Of a DNA stretch of 64,000 nucleotides, positions 44,495 through 55,147 are shown one piece after another. The notes beneath the pieces were generated by a model. The model searched no databases. It was not told the DNA's origin and saw nothing but the letters and a program-made list of their open reading frames with translations. The DNA comes from an uncultured Clostridiaceae bacterium (lineage in GTDB: Bacteria; Bacillota; Clostridia; TANB77; CAG-508): assembly GCA_948444845.1 (NCBI GenBank), contig CAOJVB010000005.1:3779-67778 (forward strand). The letters are read 5' to 3'. Made by a program: the position numbers and the translations under genes. Numbering within the stretch: position 1 is the stretch's first letter; every line of letters starts with the position of its first letter.

Positions 44495-45221
44495 ATGATA
44501 GTAATACATAAAAAGAAATTAATATATGTTAGTTTAATAGTATTTGCCACACTAATTGCTTGCACAATAGGAGTAAATACAGTAGAAAATAAAGCAGAAA
44601 ATACATTAGAAACAGTAGCCTTGCCAGTAACAAACAAGGTAATAGTAATAGATGCTCGGGCATCGGAGTACCAGATGAACGGAGCGCAAAGTAGCAATCG
44701 GAACAACAGAAGCAGAAACAAACTTAAAAATAGCAATAAAGCTTCAAAATTTACTTGAACAATCAGGAGCAACTGTAATACTAACACGTAGTGATGAAAA
44801 CGCGATATATGATATAGATAGTAAAACATTAAAGCAAAAGAAAATATCAGACATACACAATAGAGTAAAGATAGGAAATGAATCATCAGCCGATATATTT
44901 GTATCAATACATTTAAACAAAATTCCACAAGAACAATATTGGGGATGGCAATGTTTCTATAGAGAAGGAAATGAACAAAGTACAAAACTTGCTAAAAGCC
45001 TACAAGTAAACTTAAACGAAGCGATTCAAAGAGAGAATCACCGAGTAGCAATGAAGTTAGATACTGTATATATAATGAAACATGTAGAAATACCAATATC
45101 AATAGTAGAATGTGGTTTTTTGTCAAATCAAGAAGAAGAAAAGTTACTATTACAAGATGATTATCAAAATCGTTTGGCTTGGGGGATATATAATGGAATA
45201 ATAGATTATTTTTATAACTAG
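44495..45221 (+). CDS. cwlD: N-acetylmuramoyl-L-alanine amidase CwlD, continuous only via four +1 shifts (CGGN at 44657, 44664, 44680, 44699)
   Basis: Decoded: VIVIDA-G-H-G-VPDE-G-AQSSN-G-TTEAETNLKIA...LTR...NRV...DIFVSIHLN...WGWQCFY...IVECGFLSN..E..LL; 240 aa; most of it is missing from the ORF track. Confidence 0.88.
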
Positions 45222-45477
45222 TTGCCATTAGGGACGTTTTCAAATGGAAAGTCAGTAAAATTATATAACACATTTTATATATAAATAAATAGAAAAATAG
45301 TATAAATTTTCCACACTTAGCAAACAATATGTGTAAAACGTTTGCCAAGATGTGGAGTTTTTTATTAAATAGAAAAATTAATTTGTAGGGGCGGCTATTA
45401 GCCGTCAGCGTGGCGAAGCCACCTTTGTTCTATTATAAAAAATTACATATTCTTAGCAATAAAAAAGGAGCTTAGAA

Positions 45478-48400
45478 ATGTTAAATTCGTTTTTTATGAA
45501 AGAATATAAAAATTTAAATATAAAAGGAATTACTTTAGATAAACTACAACTAGAAAACTATATGGAAAAAATGGCATCAGACCATATTTTGCAAAATAAT
45601 AGTAGTAAAGAAACATACCCTATTCCAAAATGTAGACAGAACTTTGAAATTATAGAAGAAGTGTATAATTTACTAAATAACCATATAAAATTAGGTTTGC
45701 CAATACACCCAGCAGGAGAATGGCTTTTAGATAATTTTTATATGATAGAAGAAACCTATAAAATGATAATTAGCCAAATGCCACTAAAAAAATATACAAA
45801 TTTTGTGGGAATTTCTAATGGAACATATAAAGGCTTTGCAAGAGTATATGTTATAGCCTCGGAAGTTGTAGCATATACAGATAACAAAATTGAAAGTAAA
45901 ACAGTTACTAAGCTATTAAAAGCCTATCAAAGAAAAAAGACATTAAGTATGGATGAAATATGGAACATAGGAATATTTATTCAAATAGCATTAATAGAAA
46001 GTATAAAAGATATATGTGAAAAAATATATTTTAGTCAAATGCAAAAATATAGGGTAGAAAATATATTAGAAAGATTAATTGAAAATAAAGAAGAGCTAAA
46101 ATTCAAAAATTTAGGAGAATATAAGCAAAGAGTAAAAGGCTATGGAGAAATGAAATATCCATTTATAGAATATATGTCATACAGGTTAAAAAAATATGGA
46201 AAACAGGCATATAGTTATATAAATGCATTAGAAGAGCAAGTAAATAAACTTCGGAACAACAACAAATGAAGTAATTAGAAAAGAACATTTCGATATCGCC
46301 CTAAAAAAGGTAAGCATGTCAAATGCAATACTTAGCATAAAAGAGCTATTAAGAATGGACTTTATGCAAATATTCCAAAACATAAATGGAGTAGAAGAAG
46401 CACTAAAACTAGACCCAGCAAATGTATATACAAAAATGGACTATAAAACGAAAGAAACTTATAGAAATGAAATAAAAAAATTATCTACAAAAACAAAAAT
46501 ATCAGAAATATATATAGCTAACAAAATACTAGAACTATGTAATAGAGAAGGGCTAAACGAAAAACAAAAACATGTTGGTTACTACTTAATAAACAAAGGA
46601 AAACAAGAACTAGTGAGCCTACTTTTAGGAAAAGAAAAGAAAGAAATAAAAAATGAAACAAAAGCAAAATTATATGTACTATCTGTATGGGGTATAAGCA
46701 TAATAATATCAGCTCTAATTTCAATATGCATAGGTAAAATGGCCTCTGTAGGGGGCGCCGCCATCGGCGAGCCGTTGGCACCCAGCCGCCTATTTGCAAA
46801 AATTAATTTAGGTTTAAGCCTACTATTCTTAATATTAACCCTAATACCAATTCAAGAAATAGTAATACAAATAATAAGATACATTCTAGGAAAAATAGTA
46901 GTGCCAAAACCAATACCAAAAATAGATATACGGAAAACTAAATGATAGTAAAACCTTTGTAGTAATACCAACAATAATAAAAAGCAAAGAAAAAATAAAA
47001 GAACTAATGAGAAAGTTAGAAGTATACTACTTAGCTAACAAAAACGAAAATATACACTTTGCCCTACTAGGCGACTGTTCAGCAGGGCCAAATAAAGAAG
47101 AAAAATTTGATGAAGAAGTAATAAAAGAAGGACTAAAGCAAATAGAAATATTAAATAACATGTATCCATCAAAAGAAGAAAATATGCCCAAATTTAACTT
47201 CATATATAGAAAAAGATTTTGGAATGGAAAAGAAGAATGCTATTTAGGTTGGGAAAGAAAAAGAGGTTTATTAAATCAATTTAATGAATATCTTCTAGGC
47301 AATGAAGAAAATATTTTCAGAGAAAACTCAATAGAAAAATGGAAAAAGCAAAACAATTTAAAAGAACTACCAAAAATAAAATATATAATAACTCTAGATA
47401 GTGATACAGAACTTGTACTAAGTACAGGACTAGAGCTAATAGGAGCCATGGAACACATTCTAAATAAACCAGAGCTAAATGAAAAAGGGGACTGCGTAAT
47501 AGAAGGCCATGCCCTAATGCAACCACGAGTAGGAATAAACTTAAATGCAAGTAGAAAAAACGTATTCACAAAAATATTTGCAGGGAGTGGAGGAGTAGAC
47601 CCATACGCAAATGCTATTTCAGATATATATCAAGATAATTTTGACGAAGGAATATTTACAGGAAAAGGAATATATGACCTAGAAGTATTTTCAAAAGTAC
47701 TAAAAAGCGAAATACCAGAAAACACCGTACTAAGCCATGACCTACTAGAAGGAAGTTACCTAAGGTGTGGACTTGCCAGTGATATAATGCTCATGGACGG
47801 GTACCCATACTCATATGCAAGCTTCAAAACAAGGCTTCATAGATGGATAAGAGGAGACTTCCAAATATACAGGTGGATAAAAAAATATATTATAGACAAA
47901 AAAGAAATAAAAAAGAAAAACCCCCTAAACTTCCTATCAAAATACAAAATATTCGACAACCTAATAAGAGCCATCCATCCAATCACCATCATGTTATTAA
48001 TAATTACAACATTAATAATAAACGTTTTGTGTAGGGGTCGCACTTTGGGCGACCCAGATACTCTAATCATAACTGTTATAGGCATATCAATATCCCTAAT
48101 ATCAATAATGATGCCAACAATAATAGACATCCTAAACAAAATAATATTTAGAAAAGAAGGAAACAAATATCAAAAAAGCTTTGAACCCACAATAAATTCC
48201 TTTGTAGCAAGTCTGCTAAGAGGAATTATAGCCTTAGCAGTACTTCCAGACAAAGCTTACATGTCATTAGATGCAATGGTAAGAAGTATATACAGAATAA
48301 AAATAAGTAATAAACATTTGCTAGAATGGACAACATCAGAAGACGCAGAAAAATTAAGCAAAAATGACCTAAAATCATACTACAAAAATATGCTTGCCAA

Positions 48401-51400
48401 TATAATATTTGGAATATTAATAATACTTGCAAGCAGGAAAAACATACTACTAATAAGTATAGGAGCATTATGGCTAATAGCGCCAACATTTATGTGGTAT
48501 ATAAGCAGAAAAGAAAAGCAAAAAGAAAAAATAGAAGAACTAAACGAACAAGAAAAAGAATATTTAACCGAATGTGGAAAAAGAACATGGCAATTCTTTA
48601 AAGACATGCTTACTAAAGAAAATAACTATTTACCACCAGATAACTACCAAGAAGATAGAAAACCACAAGCAGTACCTAGAACTTCATCAACAAATATAGG
48701 ACTTGGACTTTTAGCAGTTGTATCAAGTTACGATTTAGGCTATGAAAATCTATATGACACACTAGAACTATTAAATAAAATGGTAGAAGTAATAGAAAGT
48801 CTTCAAAAATGGCATGGGCATCTATATAATTGGTATGATATAAAAACATTAGAACCATTAATACCAAGGTATATATCAACAGTAGACAGTGGTAACTTTA
48901 TAGGTTATGTGTATGTTCTAAAAAGTTTTTATAAAGAAGCAAGAGAAAAGATATTAGAAGATGAAAATTTAAGTAAAGAACAAAAAGAAAAATATTTAGC
49001 CCTAATACCATACTGGGTAGACAAACAAATAACTGAAATACCAATTGCAAATGCAGACTTCGAAAAATTATACGACAAAGAAAAAATGCTATTCTCAATA
49101 GGTTTTGACATAGAAGAAAATAAATTAACACCATCATATTATGACTTACTAGCCTCAGAAGCAAGGCAAGCAAGCTTAATAGCAATTGCAAAAAAAAATG
49201 TAACAGAAAAACATTGGTATAGCTTAAATAGAACACAAACTGTACTAAATGGCTATAAAGGCCTTATATCATGGTCAGGAACAGCGTTTGAATATTTAAT
49301 GCCAAATATAAATATAAAAAAATATGAAGGAAGCTTATTAGATGAATCATGTAAATTCATGATAAACAATCAAAAAGAATATGCAAAAAAACTAGGAATA
49401 CCATGGGGATTTTCAGAAACAGCCTTCAATATGAAAGACTTAAATGGAAACTACCAATATAAAGCAATAGGAATACCATGGTTAGGGCTAAAAAGAGGAT
49501 TAGAAGATGATATAGTAGTTGCAAGCTATGCATCAGGCTTAGCACTACCAGAACAGCCAAAAGAAGTAATAAAAAACCTAAAAGAGCTTGAAAAATATGA
49601 TATGTATAGTAAATATGGATTTTACGAATCAGTAGACTATACACCTATGAGACTAAAAAAAGGCAAAAAATATGAACCAGTAAAAACCTATATGGCCCAT
49701 CATCAAGCATTAATACTGCTTTCTATAAATAATTTATTTACAAATAATATATTACAAAAAAGGTTTAGTAATAACCCAGAAATAGAAGCGGTAGAAATTC
49801 TTTTGCAAGAAAGAATGCCAGAAAATATGCTAATAACAAAAGAAGAAAAGAAGAAGCCAGAAAAAATAAAATATATAAATTACGAAGACTATGCACAACG
49901 AATATATAACAAAATAGATAATAATTTAAAGAAAATAAATGCTATTGCAAATAACCAATATTTAATAGTAATGGATCAAAAAGGAAATGGATACAGTAAA
50001 TATAAAGATATACTAGTAAACAGATTTAAACTATTATCAGAAGAAAACGAAGGAATTGTATTTTACCTAAAAAGTATAAAAAATAAAAGAATATGGACAT
50101 CTAACTATATGAACTATTTATCAAAACCAGATAAATACGAAATAATCTTTTCAGAAGATGTAAGTAAAATAAGAAGAATAGATGGTGGAATAGAAACACT
50201 AACAAAAGTAACTACTGCCCAAGAAGAACCAGTAGAAATAAGAAATATCAATATAAAAAATAATGGACTAGAAGAAGAAATATTAGAAATAACATCAGCA
50301 TTAGAACCACTACTTTCAACGCCAGCAGGGGCAAACTCACACCCAGCATTTAATAAACTATTCTTAAAATTTGAAAATGTAGAAGAAAATATAATAACAA
50401 TTAAAAGAAGAAAAAGATCTCCAGAAGAAAAAGAAATATATATGGCAGTTACACTATATTCGCAAAATGAAACATTAGGAGAAATGGAATATGAACTAGA
50501 CAAAGAGAAATTCCAAGGAAGAGGAAACTTAGGACTTCCAACCATGGTAAAACACTCAAAACCATTCTCAAAAAATACAAACCTAAGCCTAGACCCAATC
50601 ATTGCAATAAAACAAACAATAAAAATTAAACCAGGAGAAAATACAAACCTAAGCCTAATAATAGCAGTAAGTGAAGTAAAAGAACAAGCAGTTAGTATGG
50701 TAAAAAAATATTGTAACTTTGAGAAAATAGATAAAAACTTCAAATTATCTACAGCGAGAGTAGAAACAGAAAGTAGATATTTAGGGCTAAATCATAAAAA
50801 TATAGAAACATATCAAAATATGTTAGGGCTAATATTATACCAAAATCCATTTAAAAAGTTATATTTAAGAAACCTACCTAAAAATAACTATCCACAAAGT
50901 GAACTTTGGAAATATGGAATTTCAGGAGATTTGCCAATTATATTAGTAAAAATGAATGAAACCGTGGATATATATGTATTAGAAGAAGTACTAAAAGCAT
51001 ATGAATTTTACAGGCTAAAAAATATACAAGTAGACTTAGTAATATTAGATGAAGAAGAAAATAATTATGAAAGATATGTAAAAGAAGAAATAATAAATAG
51101 TATACTAAACAAAAACTTATCATATATGCAAAATATAAATGGTGGGATATTTATAATAGACGATAAAGAAGCGACTAACTTACTAGAATTTAAGGCAAAT
51201 ATAATAATAGATGCTAGCAAAGGCGAAGTTTCAAGGCAAATAAAAGACTTAGAAGAAGAATATTTGGAAAGTATAAAACAAATAGGAAATCAAAATGCAA
51301 AAGAAGTAATACTTGAAGAAGAAAAAGTAACTAATAATTTAGACACTCAAAAATTAAAATACTATAATGAATATGGTGGCTTTTCAGAAGATGGAAGAGA

Positions 51401-53816
51401 ATATATAATAAAAGTAAATAAAGAAAATAGGTTACCAACAGTATGGAGTAATGTTTTAGCAAATGAAAAGTTTGGATGTTTAGTTACAGAAAGTTTAGGA
51501 GGCTTTACTTGGTATAAAAATAGTAGGCTAAATAAAGTATCAGCATGGTCAAATAATCAAGTAATAGATGTACCTTCAGAAGTAATATATATGCAAGAAG
51601 CAGAAACACTAAAAACTTGGTCACTAGGTTTAAACCCTATGCCAGATAATAACGACTATACTGTAACATATGGCTTTGGCTATGCTAAATATGAACACAC
51701 AAGTATGGATATAATGCAAACTCTAAAAATATTTGTACCAAAAGAGGACAGTGTAAAAGTAAACTTATTAACTTTGAAAAATTTAGCACCTAAAAGAAAA
51801 AAAATAAAACTAGTATACTATATAAAACCAGTACTAGGGGAAGACGAGCTAAATTCTAACGGATATATAGAACTAGAAAACAAAGAAAGTTCAAATACAA
51901 TAATACTAAAAAACATGGCAGATGATAAAAATGAGTATGCATATGTATCAAGTAGTGAAAAAATAAGTTCATACACAGGAGACAAAAACTTCTTTATAGG
52001 AAGCGGAACACTATCAAACCCAGAGGCACTAAAGAAATATAGCCTAGATAATGAAAACTCGTTAGGAATAGATAATATAGTAGCAATACAAATAGAAATA
52101 GAACTACAAGCATTTGAAACAAAAGATATAACATTCATACTAGGAATGGAAGAAGATAAAATGTCATGTTTAGACAATAGTTATAAGTATTCTAAAATAC
52201 AAACATGCATAGCAGAGCTAGAAAAAGTAAAAAATTATTGGAATGAATTTACTAGAAAAATACAAGTAAAAACAAAAGTAGAATCTTTTAATATATTACT
52301 AAATGGTTGGCTAGCATACCAAACCCTAGTATGTAGGTTATGGGCAAAATCAGGATTTTACCAATCAGGAGGAGCCTATGGATTCAGAGACCAATTACAA
52401 GATACCTTAGGGTTAAAATACTACGATATAAACCTAATGAAAAACCAAATAATAAAACACAGTAAACATCAATTTATAGAAGGTGATGTAGAACACTGGT
52501 GGCATGAGGAAACATCAAGAGGAATACGCACAAGGTTTTCAGATGACTTACTATGGCTAGTATATATGGTATGTGAATATATAAATATGACAGGCGACTA
52601 CGAAATACTAAATATAGAAATAACCTATAAAAAAGGAGCAATATTAGAAGAGGGAATAGACGAAAGATATGACCTATATGAAGACTCCGAAATAAAAGAA
52701 CCAATATATATGCACTGCATACGAGCAATAGAAAAAAGCCTAAATTTTGGTGAGCACGGCCTACCAAAAATTGGCTCAGGAGACTGGAACGACGGAATGA
52801 GCACAGTAGGAAACAAAGGAAAAGGCGAAAGTGTATGGCTAGGATTTTTCTTATACGATATTTTAAACAAATTCATAAAAATAATAGAAGTAAAAGGTCG
52901 GAAGTTGGGAGTTGGAAGTTGGAAGTTGGAATACAAATAGCCAAGCAACAGAAGATGAGTGTGAAACAGAACAATTCACTATAATAGAAAAATACAAACA
53001 AATATTAGAACAACTTAAAAAAGCACTAAATACTTGTGGCTGGGACGGACGCTGGTACAAAAGAGCCTTCACAGATGATGGAGACGAACTAGGAAGCCTT
53101 CAAAACGAAGAATGTAGAATAGATGGAATATCACAAAGTTGGGCAACAATATCAAATGCAGGAGATAATGACAAAAAATATATATCAATGGAAAGTTTAG
53201 AAAACCATCTAGTAGACAAAGAAAATGGAATAATAAAACTATTAGACCCACCATTTGAAAAAAGCAAACTAGAGCCAGGCTATATAAAAGCATATTTACC
53301 AGGAACCAGAGAAAACGGAGGACAATATACACATGGAGCAATATGGAGTATAGTAGCCGAAACTATGTTAGGCTTTGGAAATAAAGCAGTAGATTTATTT
53401 AGAATGATAAACCCAATAGAACACTCAAAAACAAAAGAATCTGCAAATAAATACAAAGTAGAACCATATGTAATAGCAGCAGATATATATGGGATACGGA
53501 AATTTAGCAGGAAGAGGAGGCTGGACATGGTATACAGGTTCAAGTAGTTGGATGCTAAAAGCAGGAGTAGAATATATATTAGGACTAAAGATACAAAACA
53601 ATACATTAAAAATAGAGCCATGTATAGAAAGTAGCTGGGAAGAGTATTCTATAAACTATAAATATGGAACAAGCATATACAATATAAAAGTAAAAAATCC
53701 AAATGGAAAAAATGTGCGGAGTAGAAAAATTTATTCTAAATGGAAATGAAATAGAAGAAAAAGAAATAAAATTACAGGATAATGGTAGGGTATATGATAT
53801 AGAAATAATAATGTAA
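45478..53816 (+). CDS. cyclic beta-1,2-glucan synthase/phosphorylase-like protein (GT84 + GH94, NdvB/Cgs type), continuous via five +1 shifts (CGGA at 46252, 46931, 52899, 53497, 53717)
   Basis: Six segments join into 2777 aa: GEWLLDNFY, GWERKRG, SHDLLEG, RWIRGD, PPDNYQE, YDLLASEAR, YQSGGAYGFRDQLQD, GDWNDGM, RENGGQYTH, GRGGWTWYTGS. Confidence 0.88.
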
Positions 53817-53892
53817 ATTTGCAAGAAATAGAAAAATATGTTATAATGAATTTAGTTTCCAAGTGAATATGTATATAAAAAGGAGAAGGGAC

Positions 53893-54132
53893 ATGAAGAA
53901 AGAACAAAAAGTAAACGTCATTCAGGGAACTGTAATACTTGCTATAGGAATATTGGTTGGAATTGCTTACCTTTGTAAGTTTTTCCCACTGGATCCAATC
54001 AAGTATGTAGGAATTTTGGCAGGCTGGTCATATACAGGAGGGATGTTTGCATTGCTTATTATCCTGTATGGACTATGCAAAATAATAATTGATGGAGGTG
54101 TTTATGATATCCTTGAAGGTAACCTAGAATAA
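53893..54132 (+). CDS. small membrane protein
   Basis: Two TM segments; AAGGG RBS. Confidence 0.6.
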   Translation: MKKEQKVNVIQGTVILAIGILVGIAYLCKFFPLDPIKYVGILAGWSYTGGMFALLIILYGLCKIIIDGGVYDILEGNLE

Positions 54133-54254
54133 GGTTACCTTTTAATTGTAGCAAAAAAATATAATAAAAAATTATAATAAAAAAATACTTGTACAAACTA
54201 ATAATATATGATATAACTAAGGAAAGTTAAAAAAGTCCTAGGGAGGAACATATT

Positions 54255-54983
54255 ATGGAAGATAATAAAAAGACAATTCTAATAGTAGATGATGAAAAAA
54301 CAATAGTAGATATGTTAGTATATAACCTACAAAAAGAGGGATATAACACATTAGAAGCAGGAGATGGTGAAACAGCTGTAAATGTGGCACTAGAACAAAA
54401 ACCAGATCTAGTTTTACTAGATATAATGTTACCAAAAATGGATGGGCTAGCAGTATGTAAAAGAATAAGACAATATTTAAATGTACCAATACTAATGCTT
54501 TCTGCTAAAGATGAAGAAATAGATAAAATATTAGGGCTAGAATTAGGCGCAGATGATTATATTACAAAGCCATTTAGTGTAAGAGAACTAATGGCAAGAG
54601 TAAAAGCAAACCTAAGAAAAGCAGAAATAACAGCAAAAGCTATGGAAAGTGGAACAAAAGAGAAAGAAGCAGAAGTAGCGAATACAGTAGTAGTAGGTGA
54701 CTTAAGTATAGACCTAAACAAATTTGAAGTAAAAGTAAGAGGCGAAATAATAGACCTAACACTTCGTGAATTTGAAGTAATAAGATATTTAGCAGCTCAA
54801 CCAGGTCAAGTAGTAACAAGAGAAACATTGCTAGAAAAAGTATGGGGATATGAATACTATGGAGATATAAGAACAGTAGATGTTACAGTAAGAAGAATAA
54901 GAGAAAAAATAGAAAAAGATACATCAACTCCAAAAATATTAATAACAAAAAGAGGAGTAGGATATTATATTGCTTCGCGGTAA
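54255..54983 (+). CDS. walR: OmpR-family response regulator (WalR/YycF-like)
   Basis: LIVDDE, LLDIMLP, LGLELGADDYITKPFS, VWGYEY.GD.RTVDVTVRR; last codon is CGG. Confidence 0.88.
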   Translation: MEDNKKTILIVDDEKTIVDMLVYNLQKEGYNTLEAGDGETAVNVALEQKPDLVLLDIMLPKMDGLAVCKRIRQYLNVPILMLSAKDEEIDKILGLELGADDYITKPFSVRELMARVKANLRKAEITAKAMESGTKEKEAEVANTVVVGDLSIDLNKFEVKVRGEIIDLTLREFEVIRYLAAQPGQVVTRETLLEKVWGYEYYGDIRTVDVTVRRIREKIEKDTSTPKILITKRGVGYYIASR

Positions 54984-55147
54984 ATAGCAGTGTGGATTTA
55001 ATTAATAATGAAGAATGAATAGTGAATAATGAATAATTATTTGTGCTGTAGGGGCTAATCGGTAAGAATACCTATAACTATTTACCGAATTATGCCCTTT
55101 CATATTATTATAGGGAAATCTTCACAAATATAATGAAAGGATAAAAA

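Noticed and set aside
44657-44702. Simple triplet reassignment of CGG (to Gln, Trp or Gly)
   Set aside because: A triplet reassignment would not change frame; these genes only continue if four bases are consumed.
6506-53816. Calling the six split genes pseudogenes or homopolymer sequencing errors
   Set aside because: All 13 breaks are the same event (C before a GGN codon, at the codon boundary), none extends a C run, and the many long A/T runs in these genes show no indels. Not fully excluded without reads.
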